A stretch of 56,997 nucleotides of DNA from Perkinsus chesapeaki ATCC PRA-425 (taxonomy: Eukaryota; Protista; Perkinsozoa). Shown one piece after another: positions 1 to 12,783 of this stretch (positions are counted from its first letter, which is position 1; each line of letters begins with the position of its first letter). The notes beneath the pieces were generated by a model. That model was not told the origin of the DNA and ran no database searches. It was given only the letters and a program-made list of their open reading frames with translations. A program made the position numbers and the translations under genes. The DNA lies in contig JAAPAO010000181.1 of NCBI GenBank assembly GCA_013115145.1, positions 1 to 56,997 on the forward strand, written 5' to 3'.

Positions 1-217
1 CGTACATCAATGCGATATCACTCGCGGCCAGAGGCGTGGCCGGCTGGGAAGCTACAGGGTCACCGGCGACGCCCTCCGATTCCATGTGCCTGAAAATTGC
101 GACATTTCCAGAAAACCGGACTTGTGAAAACGCAATCATTCGAGGTACAGTAATTCTAATTTAAAAACCGAAAAGCTTCCAAACGATCCGGTATTGCCTT
201 ATCGATGGCAGAGAAAT

Positions 218-247
218 TGACTTCCCTGGGATTCGAACTCGCGGTCT
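218..247 (-). pseudogene. tRNA 3'-end relic (T-arm plus acceptor 3' strand), host context unknown
   Basis: + strand reads T GACTTCC CTGGG ATTCGAA CTCGC. This is the exact antisense spacing of discriminator, 7-nt acceptor strand, 5-nt stem and TTCGAAT loop. The T-stem does not pair. Confidence 0.35.
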
Positions 248-1496
248 TCAAAAGGTAGACGTAGCGGGCAACAAAGATATGAAAATTCTTCATTGTAAAA
301 CTTGGTGGGTGTAACAACACCTTGTTTTCCTTCCGAGTTTTTGCTACGATTATCGTGAAAATATTCTGGAGAGACAAAAAACCTTTAATACGTATTACGA
401 CATTGTTTGCGTCGTATGAGATATAAATAATATCTAATCTATATCTATGACTACAAATCAAATTTACTAACTAAAAATTTGCTAAAAATGTTTTTAAGCT
501 GCGCAAGGTGGATTCTTGGGTAATCAAGTACGAGAATCTCAACGGAAAAGGAATCACAAGGAAACTCGTTTTGGGTGTTGAGAAAATCGCCCGCCAAGTT
601 TGCGCATTTCTAGACGACGCGTATCGTATATCTATATAAACTGACTCGGAAATTACATTATATAACTGGAGCTAGTGTTTATCGCACGAAACATCTGCCC
701 CCTACCTGGCATAAGCAAAGTACGGTGCAACCAGAGTAATACTGCGGGCGCTGGCACGTCGAAGGGCAGAAATCTGGGAGTTATAACGACATCGTAATGA
801 CGCACTAACACGGCAGCTTACCATGAGACATGACTCCATCAGAGCATCATGGAGGCATCGACTCCGGGAAACTCCACTCTTCTTGCTGATGGGGAATTGC
901 TGAGGAAACGAGTGATGATAAATAGGCGGACGCGAACTATCTCGACATCGTCGAGATGAAGTCTCTTCACTTATACAAACAAACCGAATTCGAGGCCATT
1001 TTTACTACGAGCAAATACTCTGGAATTTTGGTGACCTTCGGTTGTCAACCGCCACGTGAACCGGTAACTCACCACGACCGTTTCCCCAATGCGAAGATAC
1101 GCTAGAAAATCCTACAAATGCTCCAGACCAAACAGAAAAAGCAACTGCATTCATTCCGGCAAAGTTTGTTTTGCCTCCATGACTCTCTCGGCACCAGACG
1201 ACTGGCCACCGCGCTTAGTATCCGCTCTACGTGAACACTTCGTTGTTCATGCTTTAGCGGTAAGAAATGCGGAAAAGTGTGAGCTTGAAAGACGGATGGA
1301 GATTGATGGTTGACTTACTTGAACTATAAAGCAATCTTGTCCACGAACTTCGTCGAGAATGTTCACAGTTACTTCACCATCGGCGAACCTAAGAGAATAC
1401 TAATGGACGACAAGTTTCACTCCGCCAAAAAACCCAATAACCCTCAAGTAGTTCCTACACTGTAGGAACTACAGATGGTATAAGAGTGAATAAGCT

Positions 1497-1571
1497 TGTC
1501 CGTAGAGTAGATAAGCGAAGTGCAGGGGGAGTCTGTACGGGCCTAGTTGTGCGTTGAACAGTCAGACAGTC
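1497..1571 (+). repeat. 75-bp dispersed repeat, partial copy of the 10054 element
   Basis: TGTCCGTAGAGTAGATAAGCGAAGTGC...GTTGAACAGTCAGACAGTC is near-identical to 10054-10128. Confidence 0.85.
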
Positions 1572-2121
1572 CTACACTCGCTACAGTCTCAATGGAGCTC
1601 CTGAATCGCAAAGGTAGCAATGTTCAGGATTATTGAGCCGGAATAACAGCCATTTTTGGGGGTTATTCCTCAGCAGGCAGTCCACACAAATTTAGATATA
1701 CATCAGCAAGTCGATCTTACTTTCCAGTATAAACTCTCCCTTGCGTGGTTCCCAAGTTTGCACAGATCTCTGACGCCAGCTGGCCCGAGTCCGAACACGC
1801 AAAGACTTTCATATCTGCGAGAGCCGTCATCTTTCGACTAGCCACGTAGCTACCTTACATTTATGTTTCCCCGGGTCGACATAATACTCCTCACTTTCTT
1901 CCAGCTCCGGCTCATCATCGCTCGCTTGTCGAAGAGGTTGCTCCTGTGGCCTAGGCGGACCTGACAGCGCATCATCGTCAATCACCCTTTCTAAGCCTAG
2001 CTCTGCAATCTACTCGCCGTCTCGTTATACAAAATACACTCATAATTCTGGGAGTTGCAAAAATCTACCAGATGCGGAGATCTCTCAAGATTTCCCTTCC
2101 CTCGGCGCCACCGCATGAACG

Positions 2122-2849
2122 CTAGCGATTGCGCATATTAAAACGCGCTAACACCAAGATTCCTGTGAATACTATAGTGAATTCTATACCAGCTAGTGGA
2201 ATCTTCCAGGCTCGACCGGGCAGGCCGAAAACTGATACGGGGGAAGTTCCCCCCAACCTACCGCTCTCATTATCGGAGGTAGCGCTGGCATGCTCCTCAT
2301 CAGGGGGATACGGCGTGGCCAATGACGCGTAGTCGTCTGAACAGGCGAAAGATAAGTTGTAGGACCTCCTTCGAATCTCCTTCGAATCATCCAGACGCTT
2401 ACATATAGTGAACGATATACATCATCACTGTTATGGTGTTTACTACAGTACATCAGTCTGTATCAGGAAACCCACTTTAGCGAAACCACAAAAAACCCAA
2501 AACGCGAATTTTTGCTGAATATTTCTGACCCAGAAATTCTGAGGAAGATATTAATTTCACAACGCGGCCATCGCCAACTCGACGAAAAATTTTGATTCAA
2601 AAACGTGGTAATCGCAACGAAATTCACCAAATCTAAATACGTATGACAAATGCCACAACTGTGAGCGAACCTACACTCGTGAGACCGCATCAACTCACCA
2701 AGTCCCGGAATTGAGGCAGATGACCTCTTCTTCTCTTCAAGCCAGGCAACACCCATCGGTGTGGCCAGCAACCCCAAAGCTGTCGCAATGCCGAATACGC
2801 CTAAAAGTACAGTAGTTCCGCCGAGGAGCATATCAGATAGTCTCTCCAA
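2122..2849 (-). CDS. Hypothetical multi-exon protein, possibly membrane-associated
   Basis: Hydrophobic segment MLLGGTTVLLGVFGIATALGLLATPMGVAW followed by a GTGAGT donor. Further GTAAGC...TTCAG intron near 2340-2405. Frame of the last exon is unresolved. Confidence 0.3.
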
Positions 2850-3629
2850 AAAAGTAGGTCGCCTTCGGATTTCGAGTAACGCTTCTCACCTGTCCCTGCC
2901 TTGGCGAAATTTCGTTTCTGTGCGGCGATTCGCTTCCACAATGTGGCACCAGCGACGCTCCCTCTCTGTAAGGGACTTGCTGTAACGGACGCCATAGCCC
3001 GCGTTATCCATGGTAGCATCTTGATGGGGACAGCAACAGCACACAATCAAAATTCGACAATTGAACCCTGACGATAATGACGGACATTCAATGTCCCCGC
3101 GATAACTCAATCAGCTCCCGGGGGCGATATACTCGGAATTGCGCGACAAGTTGCGGCCGACAACTACTACTAGTGACCATGTCGATTATTTTATAGAGGT
3201 AAATTTTTCGAGAAAAAGCAAGTCCTCGACACATCAGAAGGCGTGTGAGTTCCAGTGATATTCGGTGACCGTTTCGCCTATTTTTATTCCCTATCTTTTT
3301 TCTCGTTCTCCTAATTGCCCCCACACGTTTCGATCAGACCGAAAAAACTGAATGATAGAACTGCGTTTTCCCATTCGCAATTTCGATGCCAAAATCTTCT
3401 TCTTCCTTGAAAAGTCTCCCCACCAAAGCTTCGCCTATCTCCACTCCACCAAGCCCGATCAGCCCAGTCCAGCCAGTAACACAAAATCTCCCTTGAGATG
3501 AAACGGCTACAATGATAGTTCAAGAACAATGAATTTTCTCCAAAAAATTACGTTTAACGAACATCATGCTCAACGCCGGTCTGCGCCCCACCCGACGGGC
3601 TCGCCAGCGCCTTAGGTATCCATGGCCGG

Positions 3630-6600
3630 TCATCCGAGCCTGATCCACAATCGCCGAGAAATGCTATACCACAGCCTACTCCTGATTAACTGTTCCGCTC
3701 TCGAAAGAACATCGCGTCTCGAACTTGCGTAGAAGAGAATCTCGCCGTGCACGCCTTCTGGAATCCAATACACCGACAGCGGAGCGAAGCGCCTAAATGT
3801 CCGCGGCCTTCCGGAACGCTCAAGCCGCGTGCCGGCTCACGCGTCTGGCAACTCCCGATTGCTTTCTGCTATCTCGGTCCTTTCCAACCTAACGAAGGAG
3901 CAAAATGCCAGAATTTTATTATCGGTAAGTGACCGACGGTCTTTGATGATGATATTTGGCATGCCCATCAGATGCGCATGTGATGGTTACCTTAGGAGAA
4001 TATTGCCCATCGGAATACTTGTTAAATTTCCTGTTAGACTTTTTTTATATCTTCCTTTTCCACGTCAAGGGTTCTAATACATCTTCACACTAGGCAAATC
4101 CTTCTCTTCACAATTTCGATTATATCTTCGCATTGAGGACATTTTCAGACTCGAAATGCACACACTTTCGTGAGGCTAGATATCCCTGCCAGCATCAACA
4201 ACTTACTTTTCCACGCCGAGCAGATTCCTAGTGGAATGGGCTGGAGCGATGAAGTCGTTGCCGCCCAGGGTGATGTGTGTCGGAACATTGCGGAGATCTT
4301 CCGGCCAGAGAATGTTCTGAAAAATAAAATCTAAAAAATTTCCCGTTTTTTTCTGGGAAAATGCAGTTTTTTCCCCAAAAGTCGAGGCAAACACTTCAAA
4401 TATTCCTGAACAAATGAAAGACAATTAGAAAATGCCATAAAATAACATCACAATTCAACAATAATAACACTTACGATGTAAAAACTGGACGAACTGTATC
4501 ATTATTCTGAGACCATCAAAGAGCTGAAACTTCTATAACTTTCCTACCATCAATTTCGCGCTGAGGTTGGTCCAGCAATGCCGAAAGAAGGGGATTTATT
4601 ACACAGATATGAGAATAGTCTGAACTTCACACTCTCAAGCATTGATGGATTAACGTCCATAGCAAAATTCTCCCACATTTCTTCTGAGATGGGATTCCAG
4701 AAAAGTCTTACTTCTTCCCAGAAGAAGTTCCTGCAAAAGGTGTGTACAGTGTAGAGCTCCCTCAAGGAGAAGTACGTGGCCAGCGCACCAAACGGATCCG
4801 AGTGGTCCTGAGAAAAGCATCGGCAGTCTACGGAAGTAGTGTTAACAACCTACGATCTTCAGTGCGTTGTGTAGAAGGTCGCTCTTGACGAGAAGGAAGT
4901 TGACCGGATCAACAAGCGAGAGCGATCGGACTATTGACGGTTGGTAAGCCTGAGAAGTTGGTAAGGATGAGACATGATGGAGGCGGGAAGTCTCACCAGA
5001 ATCCATCTACTGGTGATACAACCAAAGCTGTGACCGATCTGAGAAGAAATACTATTTGCACATAAGAGGCGGCACTGAAGTAATACACGCGGTTACATGT
5101 ATGGACGGAAAAGCCAGAACTTATGGCATAAAAAGTCGAAACGGTCGGCAAGAAACGATTAAAGTAGATCGAGGTGGGGAGTTCATACGAAGCAGTTAAA
5201 TAATGAGCAACTAGAAGTAGATCAATACCGACGTCGTTGATGCACCACGGGTGGGCATGGAAGTACTAGAAGTCTACTTAGGTGAACTACTATAAAGTGG
5301 AGAGCGCGGGAATCGAACCATGCACCTCCAGGATGAAAGACATACACCCTTGTCCACTAAACCATCCAGAACTTACCACATGGCAATGTGTATATCGCCA
5401 AGCTCTGAGCATGTCGATAACACAGGCGCTCATTTCTCTCGCCGATGGAAGATTAACAAATGGACGACACGCAATCTAAAAACACAAACAACTTGTTTCA
5501 CAGGCCCATGAACTCGGGAACACTTTCCAGAACTGCCTATACCGATGTCGCCACCAGAGAGCCATGAATGGTCCTTAAACGTTCCCAGAGGGAACGCGTT
5601 GGACCGTCAAACTTTGACGCTTCCTCTTCCCTTTCCAGGCAGAGCCGGGCTCTGCATATTTTAGCATTCTCGGGCCAGGGCAAAACATACCGATGGCCGC
5701 CTGCTATAATTCTGAGGAAAAATTCCTGAAGCATCTTGGGCCCCTTGAGTACGTCTGTTTCCAGGAACATATTTTCTACCCAAGTTTCATTATTTTTTCA
5801 CGTTCTCCGCTCTAGTGCCAGATGACTTCCTGGTCCCAACCAGCACGAGAATTTCTCATAGCGATCCCGGCGGTGATTGCTGTTAAAATTTCACCTCGGT
5901 GGTGGAGAACTGACCGTGAGCTTACGTGCGGCATGTCCACACAAAAGATGTCCCTGTCCGGAAAGATACGAGCTATCTCATGGACGACCGGTATATAAGG
6001 TAGCAAACCAAGGCCGATGCCATGGCAGACCCTAAACCAGGAGGAACTGTCAGATCATTACCCGTGACTGAAAATCGATCACAGAACTGGTTTTGTGAAC
6101 CACTTCTTCACTCTTAGCAAACTTCAATGTGGTTAGATAACGCCTATGATATGCGCGGTTGGTACGAGAGTGCTCCTCCGACTTAAAGAGGCTACCTCGA
6201 AGGCACGCTGCATAGGTTGAATCATATATATAATATTCATAAAAATAATAACCAACTTTGATACAAAAGCAATCTTCCACGCCGCGGGGACAGTTATTGT
6301 GTTGGACTGCATCCCTGGCGATCTTATCAGTTGATACGCATAGTCGGAGGTAAACGCCTCAGCGTCATTCTAGTGGATTCAGCGTACGTTATCCCTCCAC
6401 TCGATAGGTGCGATTGAAGTAACCGAAGCTATGAGTCAACTTGATACAGCTGCCGCCGTCCTACGGCTTCTGCGAAATCGCTTAAATCGAAGTTCCCGAA
6501 ATGCCGAGGCAACATTAAATTAATCATTTTATAATTTTACTGAGGTGCCTGACAATTACATATCGCAGTATCGCTTACACAATAGGAGTCTTCCTCTGGT

Positions 6601-7400
6601 CCATGTTAAGATCATCACTGCACCCCACGCCAGAACGGAAGAAGTACTCCATCGAACCAGCTCGGTATTTACTAACAGGAAAAAGTCCGGCTCATCACGG
6701 TGCGGTGGCTCACCTGAAACCCATGCCCAACACAGGCGCCGTCATAGCGAGGGTTGTCAGTGCCGGTATTGCCACATGAGTCATGGCGTAGCAAATGGCA
6801 GGCCGATGGCTGCAATGCGGGATAGAAATGTGGCGGAAAGTTGGTATGACTTACAGACTGGGCAGAGGATCCTTTGTGAGACGGAAGACTTTAACATCTT
6901 TGTTGAAGCCATCTGTAAGGAGAAATCGGTAATAATAATATTGGCAAATCTGGAAAGTATTTGTTGAAAGAACCAATTTGCAATTGATCGGAGGCGCCGA
7001 TTCCGCGGCTTGTAGAGATACATGAGGCTAATAGAACTGTTCCCGTATAAAACGGTGTGGAAATCCAGCTCACAAGTCCCCATCGGTTGAGGAAGAAGCC
7101 GAACAGATATTCCCACACTGACTGTTCCTGGCTCGACACCGGCCATAATTATCGAGCTAATCGTCGAGGTTCCGTAGGTAATCGAAAATGCTGAAACTTC
7201 TGCTGAAACAGTGTCCAGGATCTCTCTCACCTTCCCACTGGGCATGAGCCCACTTCTCCATATAATCCACCATGATCTGAAAACAATCCAATAATCGTAC
7301 CCACCCCTGGAGAGCTTCATACCTCCATCTCCTCCCGCTCCAGTGGCGTCAATTGCTCTACCTGAACGTATCACAAATTTACTCTTTTCGATTCTCATCA
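3630..7400 (-). CDS. Alpha/beta-hydrolase fold protein, paralog 1 (multi-exon; 5' end approximate)
   Basis: Exons join in frame at GT-AG sites: FRLTKDPLPSL|HRPAICY...KTPIV|VCHGIGLGLLPYIP...CVDMPH|IACRPFVNLPSAREM...HCHV|IGHSFGCITSRWIL|AYQPSIVRSLSLVDPVNFLL...RELYTVHTFCRNFFWEE|NILWPEDL...LGGNDFIAP...VYWIPEGVHGEILF. Contains a GHSFG nucleophile elbow plus candidate Asp and His. Confidence 0.85.
5298..5371 (-). pseudogene. Degenerate full-length tRNA (Glu-TTC-like) inside hydrolase-1 intron 5376-5039, sense to host
   Basis: TTCTGGA TG GTTT AGTGGAC AAGG...CTTTCAT CCTGG AGGTG CATGG TTCGATT CCCGC GCTCTCC A. A-box and B-box have canonical spacing over 73-74 nt, but the stems no longer pair. Confidence 0.65.
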
Positions 7401-7429
7401 AAATTTCCGATCCAGAAATCGGCAGTGTT

Positions 7430-8160
7430 CCTCAGAACCGCGGCACAACACTCCAGCACAACAGAGTCCACAAGGCCTGCATTCCCATCCGACCGAACCG
7501 CTCCCTTACCTCGTAACCTTCAAAGAAGTACTCAGATATCCACATCCTCACGTTCCCTCTTTTTAGTGCTTCCACCGGGGCGCCGTTGAACCAACTGAAA
7601 AACACACTGCTGGCCAACGGCGAACCGAATCCGAGATACCACCGCAACTCTTCGCTCCAGTGAGGATGCTTGCGGACTACTCAGCCCGGATACTTCGCAG
7701 TAATTGCCGAATCGACTACGAGCACCGAGTAATGCTCAGTTGCCGCTACTATACGATCGCAAACTCTTGACAACCCGCGCCAAGATGAGCTATATAATTT
7801 GGGCCAAACAGTCAGGGTGGAAGTTTACTGCAAAAGATCATTTGGTTTTTATTCTATGATGATGAAGTTCTAGCCCACAACCATGTGAGATCGGAAAGCG
7901 AAATGGTGCGGTCCACTTGGAGGCCTCACCTCGAAATCTCAGCTCTCTGTAATGCTCGAACTTTGACAGCGATCTCCTCGCTTGATTCTGAGAAATATAA
8001 GGTGTATACTATCGAATGATTTGAATCAAATCCCGACGAACAGTTCGTCGCTAAACTGACCTGGAAATCTTACGGCGAAAATCCACAAAAGCATATCCGT
8101 AATGCGCTAAAGAAGTATCCTAGGTTGAAGCTTACCTTTAATGTCGGACGAATCCTCGTC
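7430..8160 (+). mobile_element. Possible degenerate Ty3/gypsy integrase C-terminal or chromodomain-like remnant
   Basis: Interrupted frames with PLPYLVTFKEVLRYPHPHVPSF, YNLGQTVRVEV and FVAKLTWKSYGENPQKHIRNALKKY. Weak resemblance only. Confidence 0.3.
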
Positions 8161-9699
8161 TTGGCCATTGTCCGATATAGTAGATATCCAGCTCTGAACT
8201 CGAACCATTAGCGACGCCGAGCCTCGTCTCTGCGGCTGAGGGGTAACTGGTAAGGATGCTTGCAAAAACCGAGCAGCTGATCAACATTAATAATAAATAG
8301 GACATGAAACAGTACAGGTATTGAACTCTCCCGTCAGCAGTTGCACATAGAGTAGATAGTCTGACTAAGTCATCTGTGGCTTTGGACTATAAATTCACAC
8401 ACACTGTGTGTCTACAAGACCCTCTGTTAGGCGGCAAGTCGCCCAAAAGTTGCTTTCTCGCGTATAGATGGTCAAACTAGAACAAAATTTTTAGTAATGT
8501 TATTATTTCACCAAGGGAGTCCATTGGTATGACTACAATACAATTGATTATGAATGATTGTCATTATGAATCTTGATTAATCACGAAAAATTCCCGGGGA
8601 ATTAGTAGACTTCGCTCACCCATTTTTGCAGAGCGGTCGCACCCGTAACTTGGGGCACATAGCCTAGAATTGTACAAGCAGAAATTCGAGTAGATTCTGA
8701 ATCCCCATGAAATTCTCTATCGAATAGGATCGTTAGTTCACTATGTTCTCATTTAACCTCATAAATTTCTCACCAGTGCCAAGGTCCGGACCTTTTTGAT
8801 ACCTAACTTTCGACATCTTAAAATTTGAGTTACGGGTGTCGGCGATGAAGAAGCTCCATGAAGTGTAGCATACTGTACGCTACTATTAACAATTATAATA
8901 ACATTATCAACATATTATTAATAATATGATATAAAATAAATATATGAAAAACAGCTGAATATGAAACGCGTTACTCCGGATACAAGATGAAGTAAAACAG
9001 CTAGTCGACCAGCCCGCTTTACTGACTTTGTTAATTTTGAAACGAAGCATCTAGCTCTTTAATCATTTCCCTATATTTTCCTCAGCAAGGAATCCTTACC
9101 ATCGGACGTCGATGGCACGCCGAGCAGTCGACCATGCCTCTTCTTTCTCGCCTGCTCGCTGTCCCAAATCCTCACCAGATTCTCACTAGAGGTGAATCGC
9201 GAACCGAAACGTCGCGCGCCTGAAAATCAACGATACTCATCCTTAAAGCCCTGCACAGGTTTATCTGCTACTTGACTGGAAACAAAAAGTGAAAAACGGC
9301 TCAGATGTCTGAGCTTTGAGTGATCATTTTGTTTGGTTCGAGTGAATTCACGTCCCAACGGCCAAACGCAAAAAATGCGTTTTTCTGGTAAGACAGGTCC
9401 GGATCACTTACAGTACGCGCAATCTAGATAGGCCTAAATTGTTCAGTGCGAGAAGTCCTTAACTATTGCGAGTTTTGACCTGATATTTCGACTGTAGAGT
9501 CCTGTAACCATATCATTCTGCAACCCTTGTTGCGCAGGCCCAACTCTCGAAAAATCTCCCTGTCCAATTTTTTGGCACAAATCTGCGCGTCTAGAGTAGA
9601 TCAGCAGCGCTCATTATACCTTTATTAAGCAAATTTTGAGCACTTCGGTTTAATCCGTGCAAGCCCCGATGCTCAACGCGATCAACGGAGTGAATCAAC

Positions 9700-10053
9700 T
9701 AAACGAAACAAATCAAACTCCACCAGCAGACATTTTTCGATCGGGCGCCCCTACCTCTCGTGTGGCTCCGTCGAATCCAACTTCCGTGTCATCCGGATGT
9801 ACTGCTGCATGAATCTGAGGTTGAAGCGTGCAAGACACAGAGATGAAAAACCAGAATTTCACCAACTGAACGAACTCGGCATCGATAGATTCGGCAGTGA
9901 CTTGACCTCCACGGTAGAATTGCCGGGGCAGGTGGCCTGCATGCTCGGTGAGGAGTCCTCAACAAGACATGCTCCCATCCGACTGTCGGTGAACACCTTG
10001 ACCCTTTTCTCACTCTCCCGAAAAGATAGCGATTCATGCGGAGCATGAATCAT
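9700..10053 (-). mobile_element. Retroelement RNase H remnant
   Basis: KRVKVFTDSR resembles the retrotransposon RNase H (I/V)xTDS motif. In-frame stops follow, and the segment abuts the 10054 repeat. Confidence 0.4.
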
Positions 10054-10324
10054 TGTCCGTAGAGTAAATAAGCGAAGTGCATGGGGAGTCTGTACGAGCC
10101 TAGTTGTGCGTTGAACAGCCAGACAGTCATGTGACGTCCTGTCCCCTTAGCGATATATTTGCTAGCTAGGCTAGTAGAGAGTACTTTAATACGTTCATTT
10201 GATAAATGAGTTGATTTGTTCATTTAATATATTTGCCAACTTGATCTCTTCTATAAATATTATCTCCGTGTCTTCTCAATAGTGAGTGTATTGTTATAGT
10301 CAGACTGCTCGGAGTGAATCTACA
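10054..10324 (+). mobile_element. Putative solo-LTR-like element (TGT...ACA; right end uncertain)
   Basis: Starts with TGT at the point where homology to 1497 begins, has an AT-rich interior and a candidate ACA end at 10324. No target-site duplication found. Confidence 0.3.
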
Positions 10325-11676
10325 AATAAAGCCTTTTATCAGCTAGGCCGCAAAAACCTCCCCACGGGACGACTGCGCTTTCTGCAACTAATGGTTGCCA
10401 GGAAGTTTCTTGGCATCTGAAGAAATGCTGGAGAAAAAGTGCTATCAGCGCAAGCCCAGGACAAGGCAAATTCGTCGTTCTTGACAGGTTCGATGACTGT
10501 AAAACTTGGATTCTAAGACTTAAAATCGTCAATCAAATCGAGTACTATGGCCTGTTATCGGACGCCATGCTCTCACTATGAACAAGGCTTCGGGAAAGTT
10601 AGTGCTTCCAATCCAGCGACACCACAACGTTTGGTATCGTTCGTGCTTGGTTTGACGGACAGTAAGGGGGTAATAGCGGCGACTGTGCGTAAATACGTAT
10701 TCGCTGTTAAAACATATACTTATTAAACATAATAACGTAATGAGAACGCATGAGACCCAGCCAACGAAGCTTTAGTATCGCGTGCTTTGACAAGTGCCGA
10801 TAAACTTCTGAGGGAACGGTGAAAACCATCAGAGCTAGCCGCAATTTTGAACTGAACCAAGAATCTCTACTGTACATGCGTTAGCTGCCATGCAACTAAC
10901 GTATAGAAGTGAAAGAGAACAGTTACGTTCGGCTGTGTGGGTAACATCAGTCTTTATGCTGCGTGTTGATTACATCCCGCATACGTTAACTGAGGATATC
11001 ACTTAGTGTGATAGTTTCATTGAGGTTTGCTTCTGGATTGATTATTAACTGACCTACATTTCACGTTCTACGTTTCTGTTCGCGCTATGTCGGCCTTGCG
11101 TGTGGAGTATAATCAGTCAGCAGAGGTACTCAACTCTCCGTGGTCTCCGCTTGGTTCACCGCTAAGTTTGGTACCTTTTTGGGGGTAGGTGCCGCACCTA
11201 AGGTGCGGGTTAGTAATGGGGGACATTGTCAGCAATGTTCGACTCAACCTACTGATAAACTATGAGTAGCGTTGTAGGCTGAGCTTCGGAGCACATCACC
11301 GAAGGCCTCACTTAACACCCCCAGTTGACCCCCACATTGAGGTCCCCAGTTGACTAAGTATACACGAGGATAGCGCTACGTAAGTGAAGGTCAGGTCTGA
11401 GCTGTGTTTAGAGCACAACCAGTGTCCTTTTATTGTGCGCGCCAGGATGATCGCAGTAGCTCCGAAATAGGACTGTTTCAGGGGTTGTCCTCCAGAGGTA
11501 CTAGCTGCCAGAAACCGGAGGGGTTGTACTCCGTTTAACTCAATTCCTGCGGCGCCATGCCATGGCGGCCATGGGTATACTTTTCGTGTGTTTCATTGAC
11601 TGGGAGAACCGTCAGCACGCGCGCGTGCCAAACAATGCGTCTGTGATGTCCGACTCAACCTATTGATATACTACTG

Positions 11677-11951
11677 CACCATTTCCCGTGCAAGTTTGAC
11701 AAATGTCCAAGCAACAAGCGAAAGGTGGGAAGTAAAAGGGTTTCGTTTAAAGTGCCGAACTTGGGCGCGTATTGTCAAACTTGGTTGCGTATTGTCATTC
11801 TTGGATGCAATACTGCCAAACAGTTTGACTCTTGGACAAACTTGGACTGGATAAATAGAGGTTCTGTCAAAGATGACTGCACATCGCCAATCTTGGAAGT
11901 GATACTGATATTGTTGCTTGGACATTTGTCAAACTTGCACGGGAAAAGGTG
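11677..11951. mobile_element. MITE, 275 bp, 41-bp terminal inverted repeats, TA-type target duplication
   Basis: CACCATTTCCCGTGCAAGTTTGACAAATGTCCAAGCAACAA ... TTGTTGCTTGGACATTTGTCAAACTTGCACGGGAAAAGGTG, 1 mismatch. The empty site CTAC-TA-GTTCC is present at about 13859-13869. Confidence 0.9.
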
Positions 11952-12362
11952 TAGTTCCTATAGCAGCGTTCTAGTGATCCTCGATCCTAGATAAGAGCTC
12001 TGGTATGAGGCTTGTGCTGGCTCGCCGTCTGCGCCGTGAAGCTCACTATTCCCACACAAGATGGCTCCCTCGGAGGGAGTCCCTCCGCACAAAGGCCACT
12101 CAGTGATGATTATGTGCTAATTTTTCGTTATTATTTCTTCGCTATGATGATGCAGTGGCGCCAGTAAGGCCACTGTTATACAAGCTGTGGTATTTATCCA
12201 TTTTTATCGATTAGAACTCTTGTAGATTGGGCTTCTTTACAGAACTGAAATTGCAACACGCACCAAAGCTTCTGGTCCAAAAGTTCTTCGCGCCAGTGTA
12301 ATGCTATCCTCACAGTTCCGTTATAAACTCCGAATAAGAGTTAAAAAGTGTCACTCAGCAAT

Positions 12363-12783
12363 ATGTTCAAAGTGGTGGTTATTAGCCTCCTAGTTAAGCC
12401 TCAACTGGCGGAGGTGGCAGCTCTTGGCAAGTACGCTGGATGGGATCGCAGCCTTAAATTCCTTTGCGTGATGACCGTGAAGAAATCGTCTGAAATGCAA
12501 ATTGTGGCCGACGTTGCTGACGACTAAGTCAAAAAGAGAAGCGTGCTACGGCTGCCGCTTTCTGTACGGTTTATCCAACGGGTTTTCTAACAATAAGACT
12601 GGGGAAGAACTCTACGAGGTTGATATCATCTCCACACCGGAGTGCACGACCAAGGGGTGCCTAGATAAAGTAGCAAGCGATATAGGTGTTGGTAAACATT
12701 GTCGCTGGAATGCATACCCGAAGAATGGCATGATGGATGTCGACGCCTGTGGCTTACACTGGCAGCTGATGCATTTCAGTTAA
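12363..12783 (+). pseudogene. Secreted 6-Cys family copy 1 (A-type), frameshifted
   Basis: MFKVVVISLLVKPQLAEVAALGKYAGWD...QIVADV, then an apparent 2-nt deletion. Continues in another frame as CYGCRFLYG...CRWNAY...DACGLHW. Confidence 0.85.

Noticed and set aside
4170-4197. Possible antisense tRNA end in a hydrolase-1 intron (T GATGCTG GCAGG GATATC)
   Set aside because: No recognisable TTCRA loop, so it cannot be separated from chance.
5812-5905. VIWH* as a mutated GHS catalytic motif making hydrolase 1 a pseudogene
   Set aside because: This segment is intronic after the MPH|GTAAGC donor. The real GHSFG is at about 5020-5038.
6545-6967. Plus-strand ORF with zinc-finger-like CQCRYCHMSH
   Set aside because: It is antisense to well-supported hydrolase-1 exons.
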